A stretch of DNA of 64,000 bases from Podarcis gaigeae. Taxonomy: Eukaryota. The stretch's first letter is position 1; each line of letters opens with the position of its first letter. Positions 60,789 to 64,000 of the stretch are shown piece after piece. The notes under the pieces are model-generated. The model saw nothing but the letters and a program-made list of their open reading frames with translations. It was not told the origin of the DNA and searched no databases. The DNA lies in the NCBI GenBank assembly GCA_964106915.2, contig OZ066917.1; one strand, given 5' to 3'. The position numbers were made by a program, and so were the translations under genes.

Positions 60789-60989
60789 CATTAGACCCAC
60801 AACGTATGTAGGAGTTATGTTCTGGGGATAGTGCATAAAGCCAAAATTGCATATAGACAAAACACATTGGCAATCCCACCCACCATTGAAACCAAAGTTT
60901 CCCCTTCCTCCATTTTTATTTTTTTTAATTGCCAAGCGTGCAAAGTTGAATGTGCACAAGTTAAATGCATGCAAGTTGTGAGTCTACTG
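60789..60989. mobile_element. Tc1/mariner MITE (CAGTAGAC-type TIR)
   Basis: TA|CATTAGACCCACAAC ... GTTGTGAGTCTACTG|TA, 15-bp TIR with two mismatches. Confidence 0.75.
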
Positions 60990-60991
60990 TA

Positions 60992-61232
60992 CTGTGGTAC
61001 CTTGGTTTATGAACTTAATCCGTTCCAGAAGTCTGTTCTTAAACCAAAACCGTTCTTAAACCAAGACACACTTTTCTTAATGAGGCCTCCCACCGTCAGT
61101 GCCCTTCCACTGTTCGGATTCCATTCTTAGACTGAGGTAAAGTTCACAAACCGGGACACTATTTCTGGTTTTGTGGAGTTCTTAAACCGAATCGTTCATA
61201 AACAGGACTGTTCTTAAACCGAGGTACCACTG
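60992..61232. mobile_element. Tc1/mariner MITE (CAGTGGTACC-type TIR)
   Basis: CTGTGGTACCTTGGTTTATGAAC ... GTTCTTAAACCGAGGTACCACTG; internal repeats of GTTCTTAAACC. Confidence 0.9.
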
Positions 61233-64000
61233 TGTTGTAAGTAAGCATTAGCTGTGGGCTACTGTGTGATTTAGACATCTCACAACATGCTTTCATCTGT
61301 AAAATGGATTCACACAGATATTAAGTACTAAAAGACATTTACAAAACACCAGCATTAAATACTACAAGAATACTGACTGGAAATTTCAGCTTGCCATCTT
61401 CTCCCTACACCACAATTAATTGCACACATTTTCTAGTGTTCCATTTTCCTAAGCAGACTACGCTTTCATTTTATTTTATTTTTTGCAGACACAGTCAATA
61501 AAACAATATTCTTTTTCAATCTAAAATACTCTTTACAATTTATTTTTCTAATTATGTTTTTAACTTGTGCTGCATCTTTCTTTCTTATTTAGATTTCCCA
61601 CTTCCCAACTAAATGCATTTCTATTTATGTATTTTAAGAGGCCTTCTGTTTAGAATTATTTTAACATTGCCACTTAACTACATTTGCATCTGTTGCTTTA
61701 CCCCCTCTAGATTTCATCAAGATGAATTTTAATTGCATATGCAATTGTTCCTAAAATGATCTTACTTCCTAGCACTAGGTCCCCCCTCCCAGATAAGAAA
61801 ACTCCAATTTAACTTATTAAGTCATCTGATATTTCCTCAAACTAACTTTTATTGATGACCCAGACTGTTCAGTTTGCTTCCCATCGCCATGAACAATATT
61901 CTAAGCCTAATTATATTTTATCATCATGGGCGTTCCCCTGAACTAGCCATATTTATCAAACTTCATGCATTTTCTAGGACTTCATCCAAAATAGCCTCAA
62001 ACCAGACAAATGCTTCAAATAAGCCATGGAACAAAACAATCCTGAACTACTTTGCAGAAATATGTCTTTGCTCTTCATTTTGCATTCTGCTGTAGCCAAG
62101 TTAACATCTGAGTAATTAAAGCATTGCCAGGAATTTTAAATATCCTGTTTTTTAACATGTTTCCCCAGTTGTATACTTTTTAGATTTTGCATTAGTTGCT
62201 CTGAACATGTGAACCATATCCATTTCCAGTAATCACAATAATATTTGTTGTGATTTCAGCAACTTCACTCATTGTGTATCTTACCTGCAATACCACTTTC
62301 CTCATGTGTTTTAAAAGTGTGCAGACTTGTATTTTAGGGTGCACTCATAGCAAATTCACTTTTGTTTAGAATTAGACAACTGAGTGTTAATACATGCACG
62401 ATGTGGCATCTTCAAAGGTTAATCTTACATTCCCTTCCACCACCTCTTCTTGCCTAGCTGCTGTCTCTTTAGAAAACCTTTCTACTTAAGTTATCCTCCC
62501 CCCCTCCACGGCAATATGCAATGTTGCCCCCAGCCAATTCGGTCTTTTATTTCCATCACATTCGCCTGTCAGAATTTTGTGACTGATCCTTCCACATCTA
62601 TAGTCATAACATTGAACATGTCATGAAATCACAGCAGCTCAGACATTGGCTAGAAGAGGCTCACAGGTGACAGACAGCCAGTTCAAGCCCATTAAATATC
62701 TATGATTTGGAGCTATTTTTGCATCATGCACATTTTCAGCTTTTTCACCATATGCTGCTACAATTTCTATGACCTGGTTTTATTCTCTCACATTTACATT
62801 ATCTTTTCACTTTCAAGTCTGAAGTTAATCCTGCAGACATCCCTGCTGCAAGAAATGTACACATTAAAACCAGCTGTGCCTCGACTGTGAGATAGTAACT
62901 GGCCCTGCTAAGATAATTCAGCTTGCAATCCAGAACCATAAAAGTCAGTGGTAATTTTGTAACTGACTTCAGTGGGATCTGGAGTACTAATTTGGTTTTT
63001 CATCAGTATTCTGAGCACACTTAAAAGAATCCATTACTGTTTTTGTGTCAATTTATTGGTCCTAAGTGTGTGGTATATGCAGAAATGGGAAGTTACAGTT
63101 AACAATTATTTAAAAGAACTAACACCTTTCAAATGATATTTCCATTCTAACACTGGCAGAGACTTTTCAAAACCTTGCCACTCAGATCTGTGATATTTGT
63201 ATTGCAATGTTCAACTGCAAATAACAGAACATAACCTGTTCTGACTTCAGATACCTTCAATTGATAAAGATATTATACTGGGGCATTCAGGTACAATTCT
63301 GGGTGCGACACTCAGCTTTCATTGGAAGGCTACCTCATTGCATTTCCAGAAAGAAAATTATATATTCTGACTTTGTGCACACAGCTAGACACACTCTCTG
63401 GGAATCTCTACACAAATGAAGCAGAAAAAGCACCTCCTTTACTGTCCATCAAAAGCCCAGGAGCCACATGAATTACCGGTAGACCTCAGTTTTTCCGAAT
63501 AACTGTTTTCTGTTGGTGAACTCAATTTATGGGCTTCCATTTGAGCATGCACTACATGTTGCACAGCAGTATTACCACCTTTCCCCCCAAACTGCAATAA
63601 TATTCTGCTTAATGAGACTATGATAAAAAAGTTAATATTTCAAAATAGCACACTATTTTCCTCCAGTGTAGGAAGAGCAACACTGATTGGAAGAGAGCAC
63701 AGAGATGTGCCTTCATGGTGGTGATTGGGAACTAATAATGCACATAATTAAGAACGCATATTTTTATGCATGAAAATAATGTGCCACCAAAACGGTATGT
63801 TTTTCATGGCCAAATATGAAGGAACGATAATTAGTTCCCCACTACTTTTCTTGTTTCATAAGTCTTTGTTGTTTCAGTGGATGGAATGTGCTTTCTCTCT
63901 CTCTTTTTTTTTATTAGACCCAAGTTAAAAAGAAAAAGGAAAGAGAATGTTGCCACCATTATTATTTTTCTCTAGTTTGCATTGTAATGGAATATAAAAA

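Noticed and set aside
514-62890. Short ORFs of the six-frame track as host genes
   Set aside because: All under 165 aa, many with non-ATG starts, no recognisable domains except decayed LINE fragments; several lie in SINEs, MITEs or microsatellites.

Overview
AT-rich, CpG-depleted, non-coding vertebrate DNA. The repeat content (four Sauria SINEs with ACCTTT tails, Squam3-type SINEs, squamate-type L2, CR1, an RTE LINE, many TA-flanked Tc1/mariner and 8-bp-TSD hAT MITEs) identifies a squamate, most likely a lacertid lizard (inference from recalled consensus sequences, no search run). I recognise no host protein-coding exon; the only ORFs with recognisable products are decayed LINE fragments, so this is a gene desert or the inside of a very long intron. 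Most notable: (1) a 140-bp Penelope-like insertion with an exact 11-bp flanking duplication carrying an intact minimal type-I hammerhead ribozyme core (12954-12991); (2) TA-CCG(G)-TA motifs that look like DNA-transposon excision footprints, one demonstrable as an insertion against a paralogous MITE in the same window; (3) two branch-point/polypyrimidine/CAG-NNAG-GTAA sites that could be 4-nt microexons or recursive splice sites; (4) a CpG-decaying ~27-bp array enclosed by inverted repeats; (5) several nested or abutting transposon insertions. Boundaries of old repeats are approximate.
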